NCBI RefSeq assembly: GCF_028641065.1
Contig: NC_073392.1
Coordinates: forward strand, 44,578,001 to 44,642,000
Reading direction: 5' to 3'
Length of the DNA stretch: 64,000 bases
DNA from: Leucoraja erinacea
Lineage: Eukaryota
Of this stretch, positions 1 through 13,000 are shown in pieces (within the stretch, counting starts at the first letter, position 1; each line of letters starts with the position of its first letter). Below the pieces are notes generated by a model. The model did no database searches, had not been told where the DNA came from, and was given only the letters and a program-made list of their open reading frames with translations. Position numbers and translations under genes: made by a program.

Positions 1-664
1 AGAATAAAAGGACGTACCTCTAGAATGGTGATGAGGAGGAATTTCAGGGCTCTGGCTTAACTATTTTTCCCTCTTGCCAGCCAGGCAACCGTGACAGCAT
101 TTTAGGTTGCCAAATGACAGTTTAGGTGGTCATTTAAGACGGTTTGCATGAAGCGTGTGATAATGTGCTTGGACGAAGTGCATGGTTACCAGTTGGAATT
201 ATGCTCAATGAAGCAATCACATATTATGTTCAAGAAGGAACTGCAGATGCTGGAAAATCGAAGGTAGACAAAAGTGCTGGAGAAACTCAGCAGGTGCAGC
301 AGCATCTATGGAGTGAAGGAAATAGGCAACGTTTCAGGCCGAAACCCATCAGTCTGAAGAAGGGTTTTGTCCCGAATTTGGCAAAATTATAATACAATAT
401 CTCAACTCTTTTTACATACTGCAATTGAAGCAAGCATGTTTTTCTGTGAAGGACCGAAAATTACCATGACATGGCCATAGCATGGGTCGTCATAGCTATT
501 GGCACAGAAACACTCTGACTTCCCACATAATTTATCCATAACAAAATATATAGGTTGCAAGGAAATTTCTAAAAGCATTTTATGATAATAACTGTTAAAA
601 CCGACTATACCTATCTGACAGGTTGAACATTACACTAACTGACGAGATGACCAAAGGACATAAC

Positions 665-1512
665 TGCAACGATACTGCATCGGAAATGTCCTCGCTCTTC
701 AGGGAACGGGGATTCCCCTCCTCCACCATAGATGAGGCTCGCACCAGGGTCTCTTCCTTACCACGCAACACTACTCTCTCTCCCCATCCCTGCACTCGCA
801 ACAAGGGCAGAGTCCCCCTAGTCCTTACCTTTCACCCCGCCAGCCGTCACATACAACAAATCATCCTCCGCCATTTTCGCCACGTCCAACGTGACCCCAC
901 CACTCGCCACATCTTCCCATCTCCCCCCATGTCTGCCTTCCGCAAAGACCGCTCCCTCCGCAACTCCCTTGTCAATTCTTCCCTTCCCTCCCGTACCACC
1001 CCCTCCCCGGGCACTTTCCGTTGCAACCTCAAGAAATGCAACACCTGTCCCTTTACCTCCCCCCTCGACTCCATTCAAGGACCCAAGCCTTGTTCCAGGT
1101 GCGACAAAGGTTCACCTGTATCTCCTCCAACCTCATCTACTGCATCCACTGCTCTAGATGCCAGCTGATTTACATCGGTGAAACTAAGCGGAGGTTGGGC
1201 GATCGTTTCGCCGAACACCTCCGCTCAGTCCGCAAGAACCCACCTGAACTCCCGGTGGCTCAGCACTTCAAGTCCCCCTCCCATTCCCAATCCGACCTCT
1301 CTGTCCTGGGTCTCCTCCATTGCCAGAATGAGCAACACCAGAAATTGGAGGAACAACACCTCATATTCCGCCTGGGTAGCCTGTGTCCGGAGGGCATGAA
1401 CATTGAATTCTCCCACTTTTGCTAGCCCTTGCTGTCTCCTCCCCTTCCTTAACCCTCCAGCTGTCTCCTCCCATCCCCCCGCCTTCGGGCTCCTCCTCCC
1501 CCCTCACCCCTT
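665..1512 (+). mobile_element. Penelope-like retroelement fragment (RT C-terminus and GIY-YIG endonuclease), frameshifted
   Basis: RVPLVLTFHP, CxxxxCxxC, NLIYCIHCSRCQLIYIGETKRRLGDRFAEH..HF..E..LI..LGSLCPEGMN. Confidence 0.88.
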
Positions 1513-1673
1513 CTATATAAGAGAGAGAGACAGAGAGACAGAGAGAGAGAGAGGTCAGCGCTCCTCGACAACATCGCCCCGCTGCCTTGGCCGTCATTGT
1601 CCAACGCCAAAGTGCCGCCGCCTCCACGCCACCCCTCCTTCGCCAGGAAGGTGCGGGGCCGAGCGGTGCAGCT

Positions 1674-1701
1674 CAGAGATCCTATAGCTATAGGATCTGT
1701 C
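1674..1701. mobile_element. 28-bp palindromic mini-element with 8-bp TSD
   Basis: cagagatcctatagctataggatctgtc flanked by GTGCAGCT on both sides. Confidence 0.6.
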
Positions 1702-2549
1702 GTGCAGCTGCTTCAGACGGCGGAAGGAGGCCTCCGCCTCCCTCTCCCCCTCCTCCCGGCCTCGGCGTGCAGGAGGGGTTGTGAAAGCGCCTTTGGCGGA
1801 TTTGCAAGCAGTGGCCGTTATCAGCGCGATAGCGGTCTCTGCTAGTAAATCCGCCAACGGCGCTTTCACAACCCCTCCCGCACGCCGAGGCCAGGAGGAG
1901 GGAGGGAGAGGGAGGTTCCTTCCGCTGGGCGGGGTGCGGGAGGAGGAGGCGATGGAGCCGCTGCTGCCACTGTTCGGGACCCGTCATTCGCTCCGATCCT
2001 TCGCCACCACGCACCTAGTATATTTGCCACACAATCAAAGATACTAGGCGAATACAGCCGCCGCCGCCAACACGAAACGTCACGTTCCTATTCTCCAGAG
2101 ATGCTGCCTGACCCGCGGAGTTACTCCAGCTTTTTTGTGTCTATCGGTATAAACCAGTATTTGATTGCCAAGCCGGGCAAAATGAGTCGGCATTTAGGTT
2201 GCCCGGCTGCACTTTGAGTGGTCAATGGCACCCAGGCAACCGCTAATTTCGAGCCCTGAATTTGTTTAATCATGGAGTAGTGAATCTGTGGAATTCATTG
2301 CCACTGATGGCAATGGAGGCCAAGTCATTGGGTATTTTTAAAGTGGAGATTGATAGGTTCTTAATTAATAAGAATTAAGGGTTACAGGGAGAAGGCATGA
2401 GAATGGGGTTGAGGGAAAGATAGATCAGCCATGTTCAAATGGTGCAGCAGACTTGATGGGCCAAATGCTGTTCTTATGGTCTTATTAAACCAGACAATTT
2501 CTCCATAAGAATTAAAGGATATAGAACTGTCACTCATGGGCATACTTAC

Positions 2550-2693
2550 TGGATCTACAGTTGGGACATTGGCAACTTTCCTTCTTTTTCTGCTTGATCC
2601 TGCATTGCTTCCAGAAACATGATGGCCATCATCACAGTCTCCACCACTAATGCTACTTGAAGGAGAAGTTGCTCTTTTTCTTTTTGAACCCAT
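2550..2693 (-). CDS. PBRM1: Polybromo-1 (BAF180), first coding exon; gene continues beyond the window start
   Basis: Encodes MGSKRKRATSPSSSISGGDCDDGHHVSGSNAGSSRKRRKVANVPTVDP, matching the PBRM1 N-terminus. AG acceptor at 2709-2710 after a T tract (exon 2550-2708); GTAAGT donor at 2549-2544. Head-to-head with GNL3. Confidence 0.93.
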
Positions 2694-3106
2694 TGGAACT
2701 GGTAATATCTTTAAAAAAAAAGGTGTTCAACAGTGAGTACAGACAAACCAATATGCTCATAAGTTTTGTAATACAACTAGAAACTTCAATATCTAGTTTT
2801 TCACAATATAACACTGTTTAAACATTCACAACATTATTTGGTTTTAATATCCAATTCAAACTATGAATCCTTTTTTTTTGTTTAAAAACAAATAACAGTA
2901 ATTCTTGGTTGATTACAGATTTTCTACATGGATAGACACAAAATGCTGGAGTAACTCAGCAGGACTGGCAGCATCTCTGGATAGAAGGAATAGATTCCAC
3001 ATGGATAACCTGTTCTAATTGCATTCATGTTGGAAAGAGTACAGCTGTTGCTAAAGTGCTACAGCGTTTTCGGGTACTTTGTCTGAATCCTTTAACTTCG
3101 ATGCTT

Positions 3107-3536
3107 ATTAACAAGTTAGGGCTTTATTCTTTGGAGCGCAGAAGGTTAAGGGGGGACTTGATAGAGGTTTTTAAAATGATGAGAGGGATAGACAGAGTTG
3201 ACGTGGAAAAGCTTTTCCCACTGAGAGTAGGGAAGATTCAAACAAGGGGACATGACTTGAGAATTAAGGGACTGAAGTTTAGGGGTAACATGAGGGGGAA
3301 CTTCTTTACTCAGAGAGTGGTAGCTGTGTGGAATGAGCTCCCAGTGAAGGTGGTGGAGGCAGGTTCGTTTTTATCATTTAAAAATAAATTGGATAGTTAT
3401 ATGGACGGGAAGGGAATGGAGGGTTATGGTCTGAGCGCAGGTATATGGGACTAGGGGAGATTATGTGTTTGGCACGGACTAGAAGGGTCGAGATGGCTTG
3501 TTTCCGTGCTGTAATTGTTATATGGTTATATGGTTA
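3107..3536 (+). mobile_element. CR1 LINE 3' end
   Basis: [34 protein letters not shown]; (gttatatg)n tail. Confidence 0.9.
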
Positions 3537-3692
3537 TTAATTTCAGAATTATCAAAAAAATATTTTTACCAATATGAGGCTATATCACATATTCTGAGCA
3601 ACAAATTGGAACTCATTATGACATTGAATATGCAATAAACTCTAGTCACAGTGTCCTCCATAATGTTTGGGACAAAGACCCATCATTTATTT

Positions 3693-3824
3693 TTCTGAAG
3701 AAGTGTTTCGGCCCGAAACGTTGCCTTATTTCCTTCGCTCCATAGATGCTGCTGCACCCGCTGAGTTTCTCCAGCATTTTTGTGTACCTTCGATTTTCCA
3801 GCATCTGCAGTTCCTTCTTAAACA
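3693..3824 (+). mobile_element. Short Penelope-derived element with minimal hammerhead ribozyme motif
   Basis: CTGAAGA-stem-GAAACGTT at 3695-3722; 15-bp TSD ACCCATCATTTATTT (3678-3692, 3825-3839). Confidence 0.7.
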
Positions 3825-5650
3825 ACCCATCATTTATTTGTTTGCCTCTGTACTCCATAATTTGAGATTTGTAATAGAGAAAAAAAATCATGTGTGGTTA
3901 AAGTGTGCATTATCAGATTATATTAAAGGGTATTTTTATACATTTTGGTTTCACCATGTAGAAATTACTTTTTGGAGGACAGGATAATTGCTGGACAGAT
4001 TTAATACGTGGAATATATTCCATACATGTCAATACATTTGTGCTTTTATTGGTCAATTAATGATTATCAAAAATAATTATTTTATAAATCTCCAGCCAGT
4101 CACTCAGAGCAAATAGGATATTTTTAATTTTCTCTTCTTTACCTGATGAGAACTCTTCAATAAAAGTCTCCAACCAATTGAACAATACATTACATTAGGA
4201 TAAATGATCATCCAATTCATATGCAATATTCGTCTAGTTGCAACTTCAGTTTTGTAACTAAGCAAACTCCCAAACTCTGAGGCCTGGACAAAGTTGAAAG
4301 CATGTGTGTGTGGAGGGTGGGGGGGAGAGATACACAGTCATGATACCTTAAAGCTCTGCACTTGAAACAATACATACCGTTACAAATTTCAAGCAACATT
4401 TAAAAGATCAATAGCACACATTGTTACATACTTCATATATCACTTTTGGGGTGAAGAAAAATGATATGAGAAAACAAGACAGTGACAAATGGCCATATAT
4501 TTGGCATCACTCTCATAATCATGTGTAATCTAGTGTTTGGAAGCAAGAACAACACTTCTCACATTGAAGACAAGGGACCAGGTACTGCTGGTCCAGACCT
4601 GCACCCTTCTCACTCAGTAACAGATCACTAGACCTGTCCATTCAGGCCACCAGTGGCAAGGTCTGACCCGCATCAAGGCTTCCCCAGCAGCACATTCAGA
4701 AAGCTTTGCCCTCAAAACACATTTAAAAGCATTGACAGCCAGAAAATCCGCACACCCTCATTCATCGGCTCAAAATACTGTATCAATTAGTAGTTTAAAA
4801 AAAAATCCCTAATAGCCAGAGCTATTTAAAAATTAGTTAAACAATAGAATAACTTTCTCTCTTCACAAATGAAGACTGGCCAGTAGAGTGTTTCCGGAAT
4901 TTCCTGTTTTTATTTCAGATATCCCACAGACACCCTTGCTTCATATCTGTAATTCAACTATCCCCAGTGAAATCAATAGGTCTGTGTACCTTGTATTACG
5001 AGGTCAAACCTGGCTTAGATTCTGAGAGGTAACTAATGGGCATTCTCAGCCAGGCACCATGTGATGAGTAGCAGCGTGAATGAACTAATTTGGCCTTACA
5101 AATCCGACAGTACACGTACAATAAGGCTTAGATTTGCTTCCATTTAAATGGTCTAGGCTGGCAGTATTGTTTTGAACTTACCAAAGATTGGGTTTATGAG
5201 GGTAGGGGAAAAGATGGGAAAGAAATCAAACAGCATCTTCCTATCATAATGCATGAAGATTGACCTTACCAACGAAAAAGTTCTCATGTAACCTGACAAA
5301 AGTTTGCTCTGGTGAATATCCCAGCTCCCATCATCATTCTGGTTGCAGTATATGTTAACTGCTAATGTTATTTTCCTAACCAGCTTGTCTGTAAAAATTC
5401 AACAGATTTAAGACCAATTTAATGGAATTTGTTTTGTTGCCAAGCATTGGGTAAGAATTTGGTGGCAGAATGAATCCCATGGGAAGCTATCATTGCTTGT
5501 TTATTTCCTCACCCTTCAGATCAAAACATTGCAGAACGTGCAACTGCTATTGATGAGGCATGACCCAAAGGGCAATCAAAGAATAATTGACAGTACGCTA
5601 CTTTTCTGAAAGACCCAAGTAATTTGGGGCAATTTACAACTTAATGATAT

Positions 5651-6643
5651 GGGGGGGGGGGGGGGAGAAAAGGGGGGAGAGTGTGATGAGGGGTGAGGTG
5701 AGTGAGGGGGGGGAAGGGAGGGGGGAAGTGGGGAGAAGGGGGGGGGGAGGGGGTGAAGGGAGATAGTGAGGGGAGTGGGGTGAGATATTGAGGAGTGAGG
5801 GGAGGAGTGGAGTGAGTAAGGGAGTGGGGTGAAGGGGGGGGAGTGGGGTGAAGGGGGAGGGAGTGGGGTGAAGGGGGAGGAATGGGGTGAAGGGGGGGAG
5901 TGGGGGGTGAGATATTGAGGAGAGTGGGGGGGGAGGAGTGGGGTGTGGGTGAGGGAGTGGGGTGAAGGGGGGGAGTGAAGGGGGGGAGTGGGGGTGAAGG
6001 GGGGGGAGTGGGGTGAAGGGGGAGGAATGGGGTGAGAGGGGGCGTGGGGGGATATTGGGGAGAGTGAGGTGAAGGGGGGGGGTGGGGTGAGGGGGGGGAG
6101 TGGGGTGAAGGGGGGGAGTGGGGTGAAGGGGGGGGGAGTGGGGGTGAAGGAGGGAGTGGGGTGGGGGGGGGGGGAGGGGGTGAGGGGGGCATGGGGGATA
6201 GTGGGGGAGGGGGGGGAGTGGGGTGAAGCGGGGGGGAGTGGGGTGAAGGGGGGGGGGGGTGAGGCGAGGGGGGGGGGGGTGGGGTGAAGGGGGGGGGGGG
6301 TGGGGGTGAAGGGGAGGAGTGGGGGGGTGGGGGGGGTGGGTGGTGGGTGTGAGTGGGGGGGCGTGGGGGATATGGGGGAGAGTGAGGGGGAAGGGAGTGA
6401 GGGTGGAGGGTGAAGGGAGGGGTGAGGTGAGGAGTGAGGCGAGGGGAGGGGGGGGGGGGGGGGGTGGCGGGGGGGGTGAAGGGGGTGAGGAGGGGGGAGG
6501 AGGAGGGGAAGGGGGGATTGAAGGGGGGGGGGGGGTGGGGTGAGTGGGGGCGTGGGGGATATTGGGGTGAGGTGAGGCGAGGCGACGCGGGGGGGGGGGA
6601 GGGGTGATCGGGGGGGTGATGAGAGGGAGGAGGGGAAGTGGGG
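5651..6643. repeat. G-rich minisatellite (about 18-20 bp unit, GGGGGAGTGGGGTGAAG)
   Basis: About 1 kb of G-runs in PBRM1 intron 1. Confidence 0.85.
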
Positions 6644-6659
6644 CCTGATTGACACAACA

Positions 6660-7010
6660 AAAGAAAAGGCGGCGCTGCGCGTCACAGGCCCCTTCGCCGC
6701 CGCCCGGGCAAAAACTCGCCCAGAAACACCGCCCCAACGCGGCATTCCCTTTACTACAGCTCCGCCATCGCGGCTGCCCTTACCGCGCTTGGACGATCAG
6801 GAAGGAATGGGTATAATTATGCGGGTAATGGCGACGACAGCGGCGATCCCCCGTCTGTCTGTCTCCCTCCCCCCCGCTGACGCTCCACCCACTCCGGTCC
6901 CCGGCGCCGCCGTAAAGCGGGCTCGCTCTTGGCGACACTGACGCGAGCGCGCCTGTTTCCGGCGGAAGTCACGTGGTGCTGCAGCCCAGCCTTTGGGCGC
7001 CATCGCCATG
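6660..7010. promoter_or_regulatory. Bidirectional CpG-island promoter of PBRM1/GNL3
   Basis: CpG-rich; inverted ETS/GABP pair TTTCCGGCGGAAGT (6956-6969) abutting E-box CACGTG (6970-6975), about 35 nt upstream of the GNL3 ATG. Confidence 0.75.
6784..6900 (-). other. PBRM1: Candidate non-coding exon 1 of PBRM1
   Basis: CG|GTAAGG donor at 6783-6778 inside the CpG island; TSS is a guess. Confidence 0.45.
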
Positions 7011-10000
7011 AGGCGGCCAAGTAAGTGGGCTCTTCCATTCCCACCTCCCCCCCCGCCGGTCACCCCGTCACCCGCCGGCTCCTCCACCCCCCCCCCCCCC
7101 CCGTCACACCGCCGGCTCCCCCCCCCCCCCCCCCCCCCCCCCCCGTGCACCCGCCGGCTCCTCCTCCCCCCCCCCGCCGGCTGCACCCGCCCTCCATTCC
7201 ACCGTGCCCCGCCGGCTCCTCCATTCCCACCCCCCCCCCCTCACCCTCGGCTCCCTCACACACGCTCTCTCAACCCCCCGCCCGCCGGCCTCACGCTCCC
7301 ACACTTATTCTCCTGTCCTCTTCTATTTTTTAACAGAATTAAAAAAGGCCAGCAAGCGCCTCTCGTGTCACAAGCGCTTCAAGATCCAAAAGAAGGTGAG
7401 TGAGTCAAGGCCAAGCCACGAGTTTGGAGACGCGACCACGTGGGTTAAATCTCTTTGGGAAGTTTTTCCTTTAAAGTTCGACAATCGGTTTTTATTACGT
7501 GTTCCCCGGATATACAAGGGTTGATGTAATACAATTGGGGGGGGGGGAGTTCAATGTTGAGCTTTTCCTGATATGTGCGCTTCAGATCGTCGCCGCGGCC
7601 TCACTCACGGTGTCAGACCCGGGTTCAATCCTGGCCTCGCTCCCTGTTTGGAGTTTGCACGTTCTCCCCGTGGGTTGTCTCCTCACCGTGGGTGTGCTCT
7701 GGTTTTCTTGGTTCCTCCCACATACCAAAGACGTGCGGGTTTCTAGATTAATTGGCCCTCTGTAAATTGCCCCTGGAGGGTGGGGAAGTGGAATAACAGA
7801 ACTCGGGTGAAGGGCTGATCGACAGTCGTCGTGGACTTGGTGGGCTGAAGGGTCCTCATCCATGTTGTCCATAAACTTTGAAAAAACATAATCACTATTG
7901 TAGACATACATTTTTTTAAATCATCAATCTACACACAATACCTCATAATAAAAAAGCAAAAACAGATGTTTAGAAACGTCTGCAAAGTAACTCAAAATAA
8001 ATAACTGAAACATCACATTTACATGAGTATTCAGACCCTTTACTCAGTACTTTGTTGAGGCACCTTTGGCAGTGATTACAGCCTCAAGGCTTCTTGGGTG
8101 TGAACCTACAAGCTTGGCACACCTGTACTTGGGTAATGTCTCCCATTCTTTGCAGATCCTCTCAAGCTCTGTCAGGTTGGATGGGGAGTGTCGATGCACA
8201 GCTATTTTCAGATTCCTCCAGAGATGATCGATCGGGTTCATGTCTGGCTGGGCCACTCAAGCACAGTCACAGACTTGTCACAAAGCCACTCCTGCGTTGT
8301 CTTGTCTGTGTGGTTAGGGTCGTTAGCCTGTTGGAAGATGAACCTCCGCCCCAGTCTGAGGTCCAGAACGCTCTGGAGCAGGTTTATCAAGGATCTGAAC
8401 TTTGCTCTGTTCATCTTTCCCTTTATCCTAACTAGTCTCCCAGTTCCTGACGCTGAAAAATATCCCCACAGCATGATGCTGCCACCACCGTGCTTCACTG
8501 CAGGTATGGTGTTGGCCAGGTGATGAGCGGTGCCTGGTTTCCTCCAGACATGACGGTTGGTATTCAGGCCAAAGAGTTCAATCTTGGTTTCATCAGACTG
8601 AAGAATCTTGTTTCTCATGGTCTAAGAGTCCTTTATGTGCCTTTTGGCAAACTCCAAGCGGGCTGTCGTGTGCCTTTTACTGAGGAGTGGCTTCTGTCTG
8701 GCCACTCTACCATAAATGTCTGGTTGGTGGAGTGCTGCAGATATAGTTGTCCTTCTGGAAGGTTCTCCCATCTCCACAAAGGAACTCTGGAGCTTTTTCC
8801 AGAGTGACCATCGGGTTCTTGGTCACCTCCTTGTCCAAGGTCTTTCTCCCCCGATTGCTCAGTGTGGCCGGTCGGCCAGCTCTATGAAGAGTCCTGGCGA
8901 TTCCAAAGTTGTTCCATTTAAGAATGACGGAGGCCACTGTGCTCTTCAGGACCTGCAATGCTGCAGAAATTGTTTTATACCCTTCCCCAAATCTGTGTCT
9001 CGATGCAATCCTGTCTCGGAGCTCTACGGACAATTCCTTCGTCTTCATGGCTTGGTTTCTGCTCGTCAACTGTGGGACCTTATATAGACAGGTGTGTGCC
9101 TTTCCAAATTGTGTACAATCAATTTAATTTACCACTGGTGGACTCCAAGCAAGTTGTAGAAACATCTCAAGGATAATCAATGGAAACATGATGCATTTAA
9201 GCTCAATTTTGAGTGTCATAGCAATGGGTCTGAATACTTATGTAAATGTGATGTTTCAGTAATTTCTTTTTAATTACTTTGCAAAAATTTCTAAACACCT
9301 GTTTTCACTTCTTCATTCTGGGATATTGTGTATAGATTGATGATTAATAAAATGAATTTAATCCATTATGAAATAAGGCTATAACGTAACAAATTGGAAA
9401 AAGTGAAGTGGTCTGAATACTTTCTGAATGCACTGTATATAGTTAATGAGGAACGATGGTGAGCGATCTCCCGTCTCTTTAAAGGGAATTTAGAAGTTTG
9501 GTCTTAGCAGAATCTGGTCAAGACGTATCAAGGTGTCCCTATTCTTGTAGTCTATCTGTTTTTCACTAAAAACAAACACATTCATATTTGGAGCCTTATT
9601 TTTTGTATATTCGCACTTTAAAAAAAATCCCATATTTGGAACAACTGGAACCTGCTACCTGTAAAAGTGGCAAAGGCAGACAGCCTTGACATAAGTTAAA
9701 AAAATATATACTTGGATGAGAATTTGGAAAGCCATAATCTGACAATAGACCAAAAACTAGGAAATTTCTATGATTCTTTAACTGTCTGGTAATATAAGTT
9801 CAGAATATTGTTTGGGTACCCACGCATTTTGAAATATTCTTGGAGGACTGTGAAACCAATCTCACCAAAGCAATGGTCAGGGGTCTAGACCTGAAACGTC
9901 ACACATTCCTTCTATTCAGAGATTCTGCCTGTCTGCTGAGTTACTGTGTCTCATCACTAGAGCAGGAGGGATTTCTGCAAGTAATGTCTAGTCAAGAAAT

Positions 10001-13000
10001 ATATAGTCCACCGAGGGGGAGGTGGGGGGAGTAACACTTCCTTTAACAGGTGGTAGAAGTGAAATAAAATGGCCATGGTTGCCACTTTGATTAGGGTTTT
10101 AAGAGTATTTGGTGATAAGGAACCAAAATCTTTTAAAGGCGCTGAGGAAGCACATTTATATGGGTTTATTGGTGGAATGGGCTTAAGGGGTTGAATGGTG
10201 TTATCCTGTTACTATTCCTGTACTGTGATAACTCTGCTAACGTGCAACATTTTTTGATTATTGCAATGCTTAATATTTCAATTGCGTGTCCAGGTTCGTG
10301 AACACAAACGGAAAGTACGAAAGGAAGCAAAGAAGCATGGAAATAAAGGCAAAAATTTGCGAAAAGACCCTGGTGTTCCAAATGATGCTCCATTTAAAGA
10401 AGACATTCTTCGCGAAGCTGAAAAAAGGAAACAAGATGTAAGGGGGCTGTCTTGAAATATGAATTATTCTGTGATACTTTAGGGTATTTGGCAAGTTTTC
10501 ACTGAGCAAATTTATTGTTTTAATTTACCTTGCAACTCCTTTAAGATTTGGCCTCAACACGCACAACCTTCCCTTTAATCCAGAATTCTTCTTGGCCTTG
10601 CAAATATATAATCAATTTGCAGCCCTCTAGGGTAGGGATTTCACAACTCAGAAGAAATAGCCTCGCATCTGTGACTGAACCCTTCTCCTGATTCTAGATT
10701 ATTCCATGTGAGAGTAGACTGCATGAAGTATCCTTCAATTTCATGATGCTAAAAGATAATTTCCATACAGGCGACTTTATTTTCTGATGTTCAGGGTCCA
10801 CGGCCTCGAAATAAGAGGTGGCTATTCAAGGTGGATCAGGAGAGTTTTTTTAACCACATTATACTAAATATTGGGAATTCTCTGGCCAGAGGCACTAGGA
10901 GGCTTTGTCCCTGAATATATTGAAGACAAATATATGAATCTTTTTTGGGTTAGTGCAGGAATATGGCACTGGTATAAAAGTTCAATTGTGAACTTGCAAT
11001 GCGAAGCAGGCATGAGGGTCTAAATGGCATATTTTCCTCATGTAACTGTCGTGCAGGAATTGATCTGAATCTGTTGCACGGCCTTTTTGGGAAGTATTCC
11101 TTAAAGATAACTTAATTGGTGATTTCATTATTCAATAATTTGAGATGCATATTTCAAGTTGTTATTTGGAAATTCTTTGGATGAAAGGTTTGACCAATAG
11201 TAGTTGGCTTTGTAAATCTATCAGGACCTGGTGTATTTTTAGTTTTGAGATACAGCCCAAAAACAGGCTTTTTGCTGACCATTGGTCACCTGTTCACATT
11301 AGTCCTCTGTTATCCCAACTTTCTCATCTATTCACTACACACTGGGGGCAATTTGAAGGCCAGTTAACTACAAACCCATGGAGAACGTGTAAGCTCCATA
11401 CAGACAGAATCCAAGTCAGGATCAAACCTGGGTCTTTGGCACTGTGTGGTGGCGGTAGCTCCACCAATTCCTTTAGTTTAAACAAGGATATTGGCACAGG
11501 AATCATTTCTGTTTCTTGTTGCTTGTTAGTTTTTGTACAAAAAAAAGTAAATGAGAGGGGGTGGCAATGTGATTGGTGTGTCCATTGTTTGTTTTTATTG
11601 CAGATGTTTGTATTTTCAATTTGTATGCAGATCGGGCAGCCTTTTTTATTATTTTTAGTACGTTAAAAGTGTGTAGTCAGGGGGTCTAATCTTTTTATGT
11701 GTGGGGGGAAACTGCTTTTCAAGTCCCAACCTGGTCGGAGGGGTTGCCTTCCTCCGAGCAGCGTCTTCGCCTCGTCCTCAGGGCCTACCAGCGGGTCCTG
11801 GAGCGACGTTTCCCTGAGGGGACCTGGCCAGAACCTCGGCTTTGGCGGCGCAGTGCTGGAACGCTGTCGCGGAGCAGGCGATGCCTTTCTTGGGTCGCCG
11901 TGCTGGAACTCCAGTATGCTGGGACTGCCGATAAGAACATTGTGGAGCCGCGGTTCTGTGGAGCGGCCAGCTGCGACGCTGAACTTTACATCCCGGAGCC
12001 TGGGATCTCTCGCCGAGATCGCCAGTGTGTGGAGCTCCGTCCGGCGCGGTCTGTTGGCTTGGAAGCTGTGGTCTCCGGTGGGAAGGCGTCGTTCCTGGTA
12101 CCCAAGCTGCTGGGGGTTCTCCCCAACGCCGGAGCACCATCACCCGGCAAGAACATCGAGCGCCGTGGCGGCGACTGTGGAGGCCTCAATAGGCCCGACT
12201 GGGTGGACAAGAGGATGGGGACTGGACTTTGTGCCTTCCCCCACAGTGAGAACCACTGTGGGGGGATGTTTTTGTGTTTCGGTGTTGAACTTCTTGAATG
12301 CTATGTTGTATTTTTATTAGTGTGCTGCAAGGACATCTGAATTTCCCCTGAATAAGGGGATTAATAAAGTAAAAATCTAATCTAATCTAATCTGCAGAGA
12401 TAGAAAATAGATGGTTGAAGGCATGGACACATTTGAACCTGAAACATTAAGTTTGTTTCTCCTATCCACTGTTACAGAGCTCACAAATACTATGCATTGT
12501 GTGTCTTGTATTAACATTTTATGCAGTGTTTTGAAGTGTGTCTTTTAATGTGATTTTAGAAATATAAATTTCTAGACAATGGCCAATAATTTTAACTGGG
12601 CAAGACGACCAAATTGGTAGGTGGGTGTAGCTCGAAGGGCCGAATGCCCTACTCCTGCGCCTATTTGTTTTTAATGTTTCTACATCTATACAATTAGAAA
12701 TATAACAAAGTGCTGGAAATGTTTGTCAGGCAGACTTAATATAATTTAACTTCTTTTAGCGGGAGGAGTTGAAGGAGAAACAAAAGCTTGCCAGACAGAA
12801 AGAAGTTGCAAAGAAAAGGAAACTGGATGCCAAGAAGGGAAATTCTGAAACAATTGAAAAACCTCTAAAGGTACAGATTTATCTGAGTTTTTTCAATTTC
12901 TGGAGTGGCAAAGGAGTTAACTTAAACTTCACACCGTACTCGTACATACTTTTTAACTGCTACCTCTTTTCAGCCTGCATCTGTAAGTGAAAAGAAAAAG

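Larger units (their letters stand above)
45..2258. mobile_element. Non-autonomous TIR DNA transposon with 5-bp TSD (hAT5-like), containing nested insertions
   Basis: TIR CAGGGCTC...GAGCCCTG; TSD AATTT (40-44, 2259-2263); subterminal GGTTGCC/GGCAACC repeats; interrupts a CR1 3' fragment. Confidence 0.6.

Noticed and set aside
5576-6745. Long Pro-rich and Gly-rich ORFs (also 54795-55983 and 56554-57066)
   Set aside because: Open in all frames because G/C-rich low-complexity tracts lack stop codons.
11697-12340. Overlapping 207/213-aa ORFs (and ORFs at 14870-15540)
   Set aside because: GC-rich repeat sequence; frames are not conserved in the second copy at 36760.
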